From: Chthoniobacteraceae bacterium
GTDB lineage: Bacteria > Verrucomicrobiota > Verrucomicrobiia > Chthoniobacterales > Chthoniobacteraceae
DNA length: 18,728 bases
Direction: 5' to 3'
Assembly (NCBI GenBank): GCA_040081625.1
Contig: JBEBGD010000108.1
Location: 1 to 18,728 of the forward strand
Shown: piece after piece, positions 1 through 6,333 of the stretch
How positions within the stretch are numbered: position 1 is the first letter of the stretch
Layout of the letters: every line of letters starts with the position of its first letter
Made by a program: the position numbers and the translations under genes
Notes under the pieces: model-generated
The model's input: only the letters and a program-made list of their open reading frames with translations
Databases searched by the model: none
What the model was told of the DNA's origin: nothing

Positions 1-1
1 A

Positions 2-691
2 GAGACAGCCATTGATGTCATCCCGGTGCAGCTCAACCGGCACAAGTTCAAGACCGTTCACGTCACGGCGCGCGAGGCTGCGGAGACTGCGCTGAACGTG
101 CTCGAAACGCTCGTGTCCAGCGCCGTGAAGCAGCTCGCGCAGGATGTTCTCCAGGACATCTTCAGCGAAGTCACGCAGGCCAACTACGGTGATCCCGCCA
201 TCGCAGCGCTCGCGGGTTCCGCCTTCGACTACAAGAAGGTGCTCGCGGTGCGCGAGAAGTGCGCCACGGGCAAGATGCCGGTCAGCGACCGCGCGCTCGT
301 GCTCGACAGCGCGTATTTCACGAACCTGCTCGGTGACGAGATCGTGGCGAAGAGCTTCATGCCGCCGATCGCGCAGCCGAGCGTGGTCGAGGGCGTCATC
401 CGCCGCCTCGCGGGCTTCGACGTGTATGAGACGAACATCCTGCCGGAGAACGGCGAGAAGCTCGTCGGCTTCGCCGCCCACCCGAGCTGCCTCGCCGTCG
501 CCATGCGCTACCTGATGCCCGTCGCCGACTACGACGAAGCCGGCGCCGTCACCGATCCCGATACGGGCCTGACCTTCGGCTACCTGCGTTACACCGAGAC
601 GAGCAGCAACCGCATCTTCGTCACGGTCGAGTGCCTCTACGGCTTCAAGAAAGCCATCGGCGACGGCCTCAAGCGCATCGTGAAGCCGTAA
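2..691 (+). CDS. Phage major capsid protein, P22 coat (Gp5)/HK97-fold-like; 5'-truncated by the window
   Basis: Frame is open from base 2 (ETAIDVIPVQLNRHK...). Motifs LVLDSAYFTNLL, EGVIRRLAGFDVYETNILP, FAAHPSCLAVAMRYL and TDPDTGLTF...VECLYG resemble the C-terminal half of P22-coat-like capsids. Strong GC3 codon bias. Confidence 0.72.
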   Translation, partial: ETAIDVIPVQLNRHKFKTVHVTAREAAETALNVLETLVSSAVKQLAQDVLQDIFSEVTQANYGDPAIAALAGSAFDYKKVLAVREKCATGKMPVSDRALVLDSAYFTNLLGDEIVAKSFMPPIAQPSVVEGVIRRLAGFDVYETNILPENGEKLVGFAAHPSCLAVAMRYLMPVADYDEAGAVTDPDTGLTFGYLRYTETSSNRIFVTVECLYGFKKAIGDGLKRIVKP

Positions 692-719
692 GCGCGGCAG
701 ACATCATTCGGTGGTTGCG

Positions 720-752
720 AGCCCCGCTGCTGGAAACGGCAGCGGGGCTTTT
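720..752 (+). terminator. Intrinsic terminator after the capsid gene
   Basis: AGCCCCGCTGC (720-730) pairs perfectly with GCAGCGGGGCT (739-749). The stem extends by U-G and G-C pairs around a GAAA loop and is followed by a short T run (749-752). Confidence 0.85.
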
Positions 753-790
753 CGTGCTGGGGAAGGCGACTCCGCATTCGGCAAATTTCT

Positions 791-826
791 GCGAGGGATT
801 TCGCAGGGCGTGGTGTGTGAGGGAGT
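791..826 (+). promoter_or_regulatory. Putative ECF (CnrH-like) promoter, copy 1: GCGAGGGATTTCGC-N8-GTGTGTGA
   Basis: 26/36 ungapped identity to 3305-3340. Lies upstream of the operon that encodes the ECF sigma itself. Confidence 0.6.
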
Positions 827-889
827 GCGGGTGAGTGAAAGAAACGAGCCCGCAAGAAACAGAAACGAAACCTCAAACCTCACACGAAA

Positions 890-1159
890 ATGAAAACACT
901 GACTAAACTGACTCTCACCATGGTGGCTGCGATGACTCTGGGCGTGACGACTCTCCTCGCCGGCCCGGGTGGTGGCCCTTACGGCCCGCAATATGGCGCG
1001 GTGCCGAATGCTCGCCCGGCGCATCAAGTTCGGACACCGGTCACGCTCACGTGCAAGACCATGGCGGTGAACCGGAATCCGAAGCTCGGCGGTCCGACCA
1101 CCGTCGCCTGCACCAAGGCGATCAAGGACACGGCAGCTTGCCGTTTGGCCTGCCGGTAA
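890..1159 (+). CDS. Small secreted Cys-containing protein (signal peptide, mature N-terminus GPG, 4 Cys, C-terminal CxxxC)
   Basis: MKTLTKLTLTMVAAMTLGVTTLLA|GPGGG is a typical Sec signal. An A-rich leader precedes the ATG. Confidence 0.8.
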   Translation: MKTLTKLTLTMVAAMTLGVTTLLAGPGGGPYGPQYGAVPNARPAHQVRTPVTLTCKTMAVNRNPKLGGPTTVACTKAIKDTAACRLACR

Positions 1160-1178
1160 CGCAGCCTCAACACAGACA

Positions 1179-1218
1179 GGTCAGTGCCGGGTGGCCCTAA
1201 AGGCACCCGGCATTGGTC
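1179..1218 (+). other. Strong intergenic stem-loop without a U-tract
   Basis: GGTCAGTGCCGGGTG (1179-1193) pairs with CACCCGGCATTGGTC (1204-1218), allowing G-U pairs. Confidence 0.65.
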
Positions 1219-1235
1219 GCAACGAACTAAAACCT

Positions 1236-1571
1236 ATGAATGCCAACGATCCGCTCCGCGAAAGACTCCGGGCCTGGAAGGTCGAACCGACGATTCCGAA
1301 CCGCTTTCACGCTGACGTGTGGGCGCGGATTCGTGAACGGGAAGAAGCGCGCGAGGTGACGGGTTGGGCCGGTTTCCTTAGCTGGCTCTTTCCGTCGAGA
1401 ACGGCCTGGCAACTTGCCGCCGTGACTGCTGCGGTGGTCGTCGCGGTAGGCGCCGGTTTGGGAAACATCAATGGCGGTTGGGCGAATGAACGGAGCCGGG
1501 CCGAACTCGCCCTGCGTTACGCGCAGTCAGTCGATCCATACCTCCAAGTGACTCTCTCTTCCGCCAAATGA
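1236..1571 (+). CDS. Single-TM anti-sigma factor, CnrY-like
   Basis: Short cytoplasmic N-terminus (LRERLRAW...FHADVWARI), one TM (LAAVTAAVVVAVGAGLG) and a short periplasmic tail (YAQSVDPY). First gene of an anti-sigma/sensor/sigma triplet. ATG 1236 is preferred over GTG 1191, which lies inside a hairpin. Confidence 0.7.
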   Translation: MNANDPLRERLRAWKVEPTIPNRFHADVWARIREREEAREVTGWAGFLSWLFPSRTAWQLAAVTAAVVVAVGAGLGNINGGWANERSRAELALRYAQSVDPYLQVTLSSAK

Positions 1572-2044
1572 AACGCCTTCTCATCATCGTCCTCGCTGCG
1601 CTCGCGCTGGGCGCTGCGACTTACTTTCTCTGCTTTCGCATGGCGACCGTGCCGATGCGGCAGATGGCTTCGGTGAATAATGAATTGGTCTGGCTTGCCA
1701 CGGAATTCCACCTGAGCCCCGAGCAGACGAAGCGGGTCGAGCAACTGCACTCAGCCTATGAGCCGCGTTGCATGACGATGTGCCGCAAGATCGCCGAGAA
1801 CAGCGCGCAACTCGATCGGCTCATCACGACGAAGCACGAGTTCACACCGGAGATGGAGCGGCTGCTCCGCGACAGCGCGGAGATCCAGATCGAGTGCCGG
1901 CGCGAGATGCTCACGCACATCTACGCCGTCGCAGCGGTGATGCCGCCCGAGCAGGGCGCCCGCTACATCGAACTTTTGAAAATGCAGGTGCTCCAACCGG
2001 GCACACCACATGCGCCGCCCGCCGCCGGCCACGCGCATGAATGA
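1568..2044 (+). CDS. Membrane-anchored periplasmic heavy-metal sensor (CnrX/ZraP/Spy-like helical hairpin)
   Basis: N-terminal TM; WLATEFHLSPEQ and HIYAVAAVMPPEQ are LTxxQ-type motifs; Cys/Met/His-rich. ATGA overlap with the upstream gene. Confidence 0.8.
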   Translation: MKRLLIIVLAALALGAATYFLCFRMATVPMRQMASVNNELVWLATEFHLSPEQTKRVEQLHSAYEPRCMTMCRKIAENSAQLDRLITTKHEFTPEMERLLRDSAEIQIECRREMLTHIYAVAAVMPPEQGARYIELLKMQVLQPGTPHAPPAAGHAHE

Positions 2045-2621
2045 GGCTGCCTCGGAGGTCGATACGGAAGCGATGCTGCGATTGCGCGATGGTGACGACC
2101 TTGCCTTGAACGAACTGATGACCCGCTGGCAGCAACCGCTCGTGCGTTTCCTCTACCGCTACACGGTGAGCGAACAAGATGCGCTCGATCTCGCGCAAGA
2201 GACGTTCGTGCGCGTGTATGAGCACCGCGCGAAATACGATGCGCGCGGAAAGTTTTCGACCTGGCTCTACACGATCGCGGGCAACCTCTGCCGCAATCAC
2301 GCACGGTGGAAAACTCGGCATCCGACCGTGTCGATGGAGACTCAAACTTCCGCTCAATCCGACACGACGCTTGGCGATCAGCTTCCCGACAAGACACGGA
2401 CGCCAGCGCAGGACGCTGCGAGCCACGAACTCGCCGACGCCGTGCGGGACGCGATTCAGGAACTGCCGGACGACCAGCGAACGGCGACCGTTCTCTACGA
2501 ATACGAAGACGTCGCCTACGCCGACATCGCTCAGGTGCTGGGGTGTTCCGTGAAGGCGGTGGAGAACAAGCTGTATCGGGCGCGCCAGTTTTTGCGAGAG
2601 AGGCTCTCCCGATGGCTGTGA
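2037..2621 (+). CDS. ECF RNA polymerase sigma factor, CnrH-like context
   Basis: Region 2 (DALDLAQETFVRVY, FSTWLYTIAGNLCRNH) and region 4 (LPDDQR...YADIAQVLGCSVKAVENKLYRAR). ATG 2037 overlaps the end of the sensor gene. Confidence 0.93.
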   Translation: MNEAASEVDTEAMLRLRDGDDLALNELMTRWQQPLVRFLYRYTVSEQDALDLAQETFVRVYEHRAKYDARGKFSTWLYTIAGNLCRNHARWKTRHPTVSMETQTSAQSDTTLGDQLPDKTRTPAQDAASHELADAVRDAIQELPDDQRTATVLYEYEDVAYADIAQVLGCSVKAVENKLYRARQFLRERLSRWL

Positions 2622-2648
2622 ATGCTCGGCTTCGCAAGAAATCCGCGC

Positions 2649-2676
2649 TTGACCGAAAAGGCGCGGCGCTCACTCT
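2649..2676 (+). promoter_or_regulatory. Possible sigma70 promoter TTGACC-N16-CACTCT
   Basis: Good -35 hexamer and weak -10, just upstream of the in-frame TTG at 2687. Confidence 0.35.
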
Positions 2677-2686
2677 CACCGGTGCC

Positions 2687-3106
2687 TTGAGAACCTTGCG
2701 TCACCATCTGCTAATCCGCGTCTCTGTGGTCGCGCTGCTCATGCTGTCGTGGGTCATCCTCACCAATCATTGTGCGCTGGGGTTGATGCGGCCGATGGCG
2801 GAGACGACAGGGAGTTCCGCTAACTGTTGCGGCGGAAAGACGAACCCGCCGCACGACGCACCGGTCTCTCTTCGCTCGTGCTGCAACGTCAAAGTTACCA
2901 CCGCGCCCGCCAAGGCCGAGGTGAAGTTCGACGCCTCGAAGTTCGCGTTTCAGGTTTTTGCACCGGTCCACGTGTTGGCCGCGCACCAGACGGAGCGGGG
3001 GCTCACATTGCCTGTCTTCGATCACGGACCACCGAGAGCTGTCTCCTTCACGGAATCCGTGCTCCAGCGTAGCCTTCTCAGCCACGCTCCTCCTTTCGCG
3101 GTCTAA
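2687..3106 (+). CDS. Cys-rich membrane/exported protein with C-terminal HGPP...HAPP motif (DUF2946/CruR/CutF-like architecture); start uncertain (ATG 2612, TTG 2687 or TTG 2696)
   Basis: Hydrophobic segment LLIRVSVVALLMLSWVILTNHC, two CC pairs, and the end DHGPPRAVSFTESVLQRSLLSHAPPFAV. It is the coding-like 3' part of ORF 2306..3106. Confidence 0.72.
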   Translation: MRTLRHHLLIRVSVVALLMLSWVILTNHCALGLMRPMAETTGSSANCCGGKTNPPHDAPVSLRSCCNVKVTTAPAKAEVKFDASKFAFQVFAPVHVLAAHQTERGLTLPVFDHGPPRAVSFTESVLQRSLLSHAPPFAV

Positions 3107-3304
3107 CGACGCGCCGCCCGCGTTCGCGGGTGTCGCGCGCCGTTTGCTGATCTCGGTCGCGATTGCTCGCGCCCTGCAATCTCCGGCCTTCGCGCTGCCT
3201 GCGCGCCACCGCCGGCAAACCGCGCAGGCAAACCAATACCTGCAATTCACTTCACAAATTCGCTCCAACTCACGACGCCCTTTACCGCTGCCGCTCGCGT
3301 ATCG

Positions 3305-3340
3305 GCGAGGGTTTTCGCCGGTCCAAGTGTGTAACTCAGT
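3305..3340 (+). promoter_or_regulatory. Putative ECF (CnrH-like) promoter, copy 2: GCGAGGGTTTTCGC-N8-GTGTGTAA; probably leaderless
   Basis: Matches 791-826 with identical spacing. It ends immediately before the AraC ATG (3341), which has no Shine-Dalgarno. Confidence 0.6.
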
Positions 3341-4225
3341 ATGACTCCCGCAGACGACAACAGCTCACTCTCGGTCCTCTCCGCATCGCGGATGTATCAG
3401 GACTACGCGCGGGCCTTCACCCGCGGCACCGGACTACCGCTGGACCTGCACGCGCCAGAAGTCACGCGCGTCATCAATTTTGCCCGCAAGGACGAGAACC
3501 CATTCTGCGCCTTGATGGCGAAGACCAACCAGTCCTGCGCCGCGTGCTACGGACTTCAGCAAAAGCTCGAGTCAGAAGCGCAACTCGCGCCGAAGACGCT
3601 CAAATGTTTCGCCGGGCTGTGCGAAACGGCGGTGCCGGTGCGCGTCGGCGACAAGCTCATCGCCTTCCTCCAGACCGGCCACATCCTCACGCACCGTCCG
3701 AATCGCACCGAGTTCAACAAAGTCGCGCGAACCTTGTTGTCCTTCGGCGCTGAGGTCGATCTCAAGCGGTTGGAGGAAGCCTACTTTAACACCCGCGTCC
3801 TCGCACCGAAGCAATACGAGGCGCTCATCCGGCTGCTCACCATCTTCGCTGAGCACTTAGGCGAGTGCAGCGAGGCCCTCGCCCTAAAAAGCCAGCCGGA
3901 AGAACCAACGGCCATCGCCAACGCGCGGATCATCATCGCGGAGCAATCAGCGGATCAAATGTCGCTCGCGGCGGTCGCCAGGGCGGTGAACATGAGCGCG
4001 AGCTATTTCAGCGCAAAGTTCAAGGAGATCACCGGCATCAACTTCGTTGCCTACGTCGCGCGCACGCGGATCGAAAAGGCCCGGCATCTTCTGCAAAACC
4101 CGAAGCTGCGCGTCAGCGAGATCGCCTACGAGGTCGGCTTCCAATCGCTCTCGCAGTTCAACCGCGCTTTCAAAAGTTTCACGGGCAAGGCCCCGAGCGA
4201 ATACCGCCAGTCGCTCGCGGGCTAA
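3341..4225 (+). CDS. AraC-family transcriptional regulator with N-terminal PocR-type Cys-containing sensor domain
   Basis: N-terminal ENPFC...CAAC...CFAGLCETAVPV...IAFLQTG is the PocR pattern. C-terminal double HTH (SYFSAKFKEITG...VSEIAYEVGFQSLSQFNRAFK...PSEYR). Confidence 0.93.
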   Translation: MTPADDNSSLSVLSASRMYQDYARAFTRGTGLPLDLHAPEVTRVINFARKDENPFCALMAKTNQSCAACYGLQQKLESEAQLAPKTLKCFAGLCETAVPVRVGDKLIAFLQTGHILTHRPNRTEFNKVARTLLSFGAEVDLKRLEEAYFNTRVLAPKQYEALIRLLTIFAEHLGECSEALALKSQPEEPTAIANARIIIAEQSADQMSLAAVARAVNMSASYFSAKFKEITGINFVAYVARTRIEKARHLLQNPKLRVSEIAYEVGFQSLSQFNRAFKSFTGKAPSEYRQSLAG

Positions 4226-4233
4226 GTTGATAA

Positions 4234-4992
4234 ATGATGCAAGGTGCCATCGCCGCGCTTTGCGGATCACTGTTCGGGATTGCCTTCGGTCTGACCGGCG
4301 TGGGCTCGATCTTCGCGGTGCCGTTGCTCGTCTATGCGCTCGGCCTCCCGCCGCACCAGGCGGTGTGTGTTTCAATGGTCGCGGTGAATGTGCTCGCGCT
4401 CGTGTCGAGCGTGCAGCGGCTCAAGGCACACGAAGTCGTAGTCAGCGACGGTCTGCGACTCGCCATTCCCGGCCTGCTCGGAGCGCCGCTGGGCGCGTGG
4501 ATCGGCACATTTCTCGCCGGACACACGCTGATGATCGTCTTCGGTATTTTCGTCGGCGTGCTCGCTGTGCAGATGCTCTTCATTGGCGAGCCAAAGCAGT
4601 CGGCAGGAGCTGATGCGCAACGACCGCAGCTTCGCTCGATCATGCTCATCGCGGCGGGAATGAGCACCGGCCTGCTCGCGGGCTTGCTCGGTGCGGGCGG
4701 CGTCTTGATCGTGCCATCGCTCGTGTTGCTTGGCGGCTTGGCGATTCATCGCGCCATCGCTACTTCGCTGCCGGTCATTTACGCCATCAGCGTCGCGGCG
4801 ATCTCCTCTCATCTGCTCGGCGGTCAAACTATTCCGCTCATCGTGGCAGCGTGGTTTGTCGCCGGAGCCGGAGTGGGCCTGTTCGCCGGGAGAGCGCTAG
4901 GACAAAGGCTTTCCGGCCCACATCTGCAAAGAGTCTTCGCCTTCGCGCTGCTGGCCGTGGCCACCTTCATTCTCGCGCGGACGGTCGTCTGA
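4234..4992 (+). CDS. Sulfite exporter TauE/SafE (TSUP) family membrane protein
   Basis: About 8 hydrophobic segments with an internal repeat: GLTGVGSIFAVPLL...AVCVS and GLLGAGGVLIVPSL...AIATS. Confidence 0.88.
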   Translation: MMQGAIAALCGSLFGIAFGLTGVGSIFAVPLLVYALGLPPHQAVCVSMVAVNVLALVSSVQRLKAHEVVVSDGLRLAIPGLLGAPLGAWIGTFLAGHTLMIVFGIFVGVLAVQMLFIGEPKQSAGADAQRPQLRSIMLIAAGMSTGLLAGLLGAGGVLIVPSLVLLGGLAIHRAIATSLPVIYAISVAAISSHLLGGQTIPLIVAAWFVAGAGVGLFAGRALGQRLSGPHLQRVFAFALLAVATFILARTVV

Positions 4993-5002
4993 TCCGGAAA
5001 TC

Positions 5003-5065
5003 TCGAGGGTTTTGGGCGCTTGGGCACCGGAAGATATGCGCAGTCTTTCCGCGCGGATGCGGAGC
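5003..5065 (+). repeat. 63-bp regulatory repeat, copy 1 (ATGCGNAG boxes at 5036 and 5057, 21 bp apart)
   Basis: 55/63 ungapped identity to 5330-5392, including an identical 28-nt core ATATGCGCAGTCTTTCCGCGCGGATGCG. Confidence 0.9.
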
Positions 5066-5154
5066 GGGAGGATCGCTGCGGTGTGATTGTGTCGTTCAAG
5101 AGCACGCACCACGCGGCTCATACAAAATCCGACAGGCCCTCAAAAATAACGACC

Positions 5155-5325
5155 ATGAAACCGACACTAAAATCCACGCTAGCAGCGCTGACATTCGCCA
5201 TTCTCGCCGCGTTCGCCTTTTCCGGCTGTGAGAGCACTAGCGGACGTTCCGGGAGCGGAACGCACGAAATGGGTCCGCCAAAAAGCCCCTCCCGGATGTC
5301 CGACCATGACATGCCCGGTCGCTAA
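5155..5325 (+). CDS. 56-aa lipoprotein with His/Met-containing tail
   Basis: MKPTLKSTLAALTFAILAAFAFSG|C lipobox; mature part CESTSGRSGSGTHEMGPPKSPSRMSDHDMPGR. A-rich leader. Confidence 0.75.
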   Translation: MKPTLKSTLAALTFAILAAFAFSGCESTSGRSGSGTHEMGPPKSPSRMSDHDMPGR

Positions 5326-5329
5326 GTGA

Positions 5330-5392
5330 TCGAGGTTTTCGGCCGCACGGGCACCGCAAAATATGCGCAGTCTTTCCGCGCGGATGCGTAGC
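5330..5392 (+). repeat. 63-bp regulatory repeat, copy 2 (ATGCGNAG boxes at 5363 and 5384)
   Basis: Direct repeat of 5003-5065 at an offset of 327 bp. Intergenic, upstream of the 5479 gene. Confidence 0.9.
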
Positions 5393-5478
5393 CGTCTTCT
5401 CGAAGCTCCGCGAGCCTTTGCCCATGAACGGCTCTGGCCGCTCACACAAAAACAAACATCAAAACAAAAAGACACGAA

Positions 5479-5859
5479 ATGAAACTGACTAAACTCCACC
5501 TCGTCCTCGCTATCGGAGCGGCGATGTTCACCACATCCGCGATCGCCGGTCCCGGCGGCAAAACTCCAGCCGACCTCCCGACTCGCGTCGAGACGAAGGA
5601 GCAAGCGATGGACTGTTGCAAAGCCAAGGCCAAGGTCGCGCTCGCCTGCATGGACTGCAAATCGGTCGAAGTCGGCAAGGACGAGAAGGGCATCCTTGCG
5701 TGGTTCGCGCCCGACTCGAAACACGGCTGCAGTGGCTGCGGCGGCAAGATCACCGTCACGAGCGGCGACAAGAAGGGCACGAGCGGCACCTACAAGCACG
5801 TGTGCAGCAAGTGCGGCCCGGACTCCGCCTCCGTCTGCACGGATCACAAGAAGAGCTGA
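5479..5859 (+). CDS. Secreted Cys-rich putative metal-binding protein (9 Cys: CC, three CxxC, terminal CxxH)
   Basis: Signal peptide ...SAIA|GPGG; motifs CMDC, HGCSGC, HVCSKC, CTDH. Long A-rich leader. Confidence 0.85.
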   Translation: MKLTKLHLVLAIGAAMFTTSAIAGPGGKTPADLPTRVETKEQAMDCCKAKAKVALACMDCKSVEVGKDEKGILAWFAPDSKHGCSGCGGKITVTSGDKKGTSGTYKHVCSKCGPDSASVCTDHKKS

Positions 5860-5892
5860 GCTGCGGTCTCAAAACCGCACCGCTTCCAAATC

Positions 5893-6255
5893 ATGAAAAT
5901 GAAATCACTAAAACTGACTCTGCTGCTCGGTGCAGCCTTCGCCGCCATGAATCTGGCGGCATTCGCCGGTCCCGGTCCGCAACAAGTGTTCCGACCGGTC
6001 ACTAAACAGGAACTCGGCGTGCTCAAGCCGGGCACTCAAGTCGCGCACGAATGCCCACACTGCGGAACGATTGCCGTTTCCAAAGTGGGCAAAGACAAGG
6101 CCCATGCGGAGAGCCATACCTGCCCGGTGTGCAAAATGACGGTCACCTACCGCGACTCGGGCAGTGGAAAGGCTCCAAAGACCGGACTGATCGACTGTGT
6201 GGACGCGAAGACCGGCAAGAAAATGACGGCCCGCGTCTGCGCGCTTCACAAGTAA
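5893..6255 (+). CDS. Secreted Cys-rich putative metal-binding protein, apparent paralog of 5479..5859 (6 Cys)
   Basis: Signal peptide ...AAFA|GPGP; motifs HECPHC, HTCPVC and terminal CALH. Confidence 0.85.
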   Translation: MKMKSLKLTLLLGAAFAAMNLAAFAGPGPQQVFRPVTKQELGVLKPGTQVAHECPHCGTIAVSKVGKDKAHAESHTCPVCKMTVTYRDSGSGKAPKTGLIDCVDAKTGKKMTARVCALHK

Positions 6256-6287
6256 TTCAGCACCCTCAGGAAATCTGAATTCCGGGC

Positions 6288-6322
6288 GGAGTCGCCTGGC
6301 GCCAGCCGCGCCGGGCGACTCC
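6288..6322 (+). other. 15-bp intergenic stem-loop without a U-tract
   Basis: GGAGTCGCCTGGCGC / GCGCCGGGCGACTCC (one G-U pair), 5-nt loop. Ends 11 nt before ATG 6334. Confidence 0.7.
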
Positions 6323-6333
6323 TCCGCCCCACT

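Noticed and set aside
711..893. 60-aa ORF overlapping the 890 start
   Set aside because: Runs through the terminator, promoter motif and A-rich leader; no coding signature.
2306..2611. 5' part of ORF 2306..3106
   Set aside because: Overlaps the sigma gene out of frame with non-protein-like composition; only the 3' part is credible.
5003..5392. CRISPR array or insertion target-site duplication interpretation of the direct repeat
   Set aside because: Only two copies 327 bp apart, the intervening DNA encodes a lipoprotein, and no cas or transposase genes are present.
5479..6255. Multiheme cytochrome c call for the Cys-rich proteins
   Set aside because: Motifs are HxCxxC and CxxH, never CxxCH.
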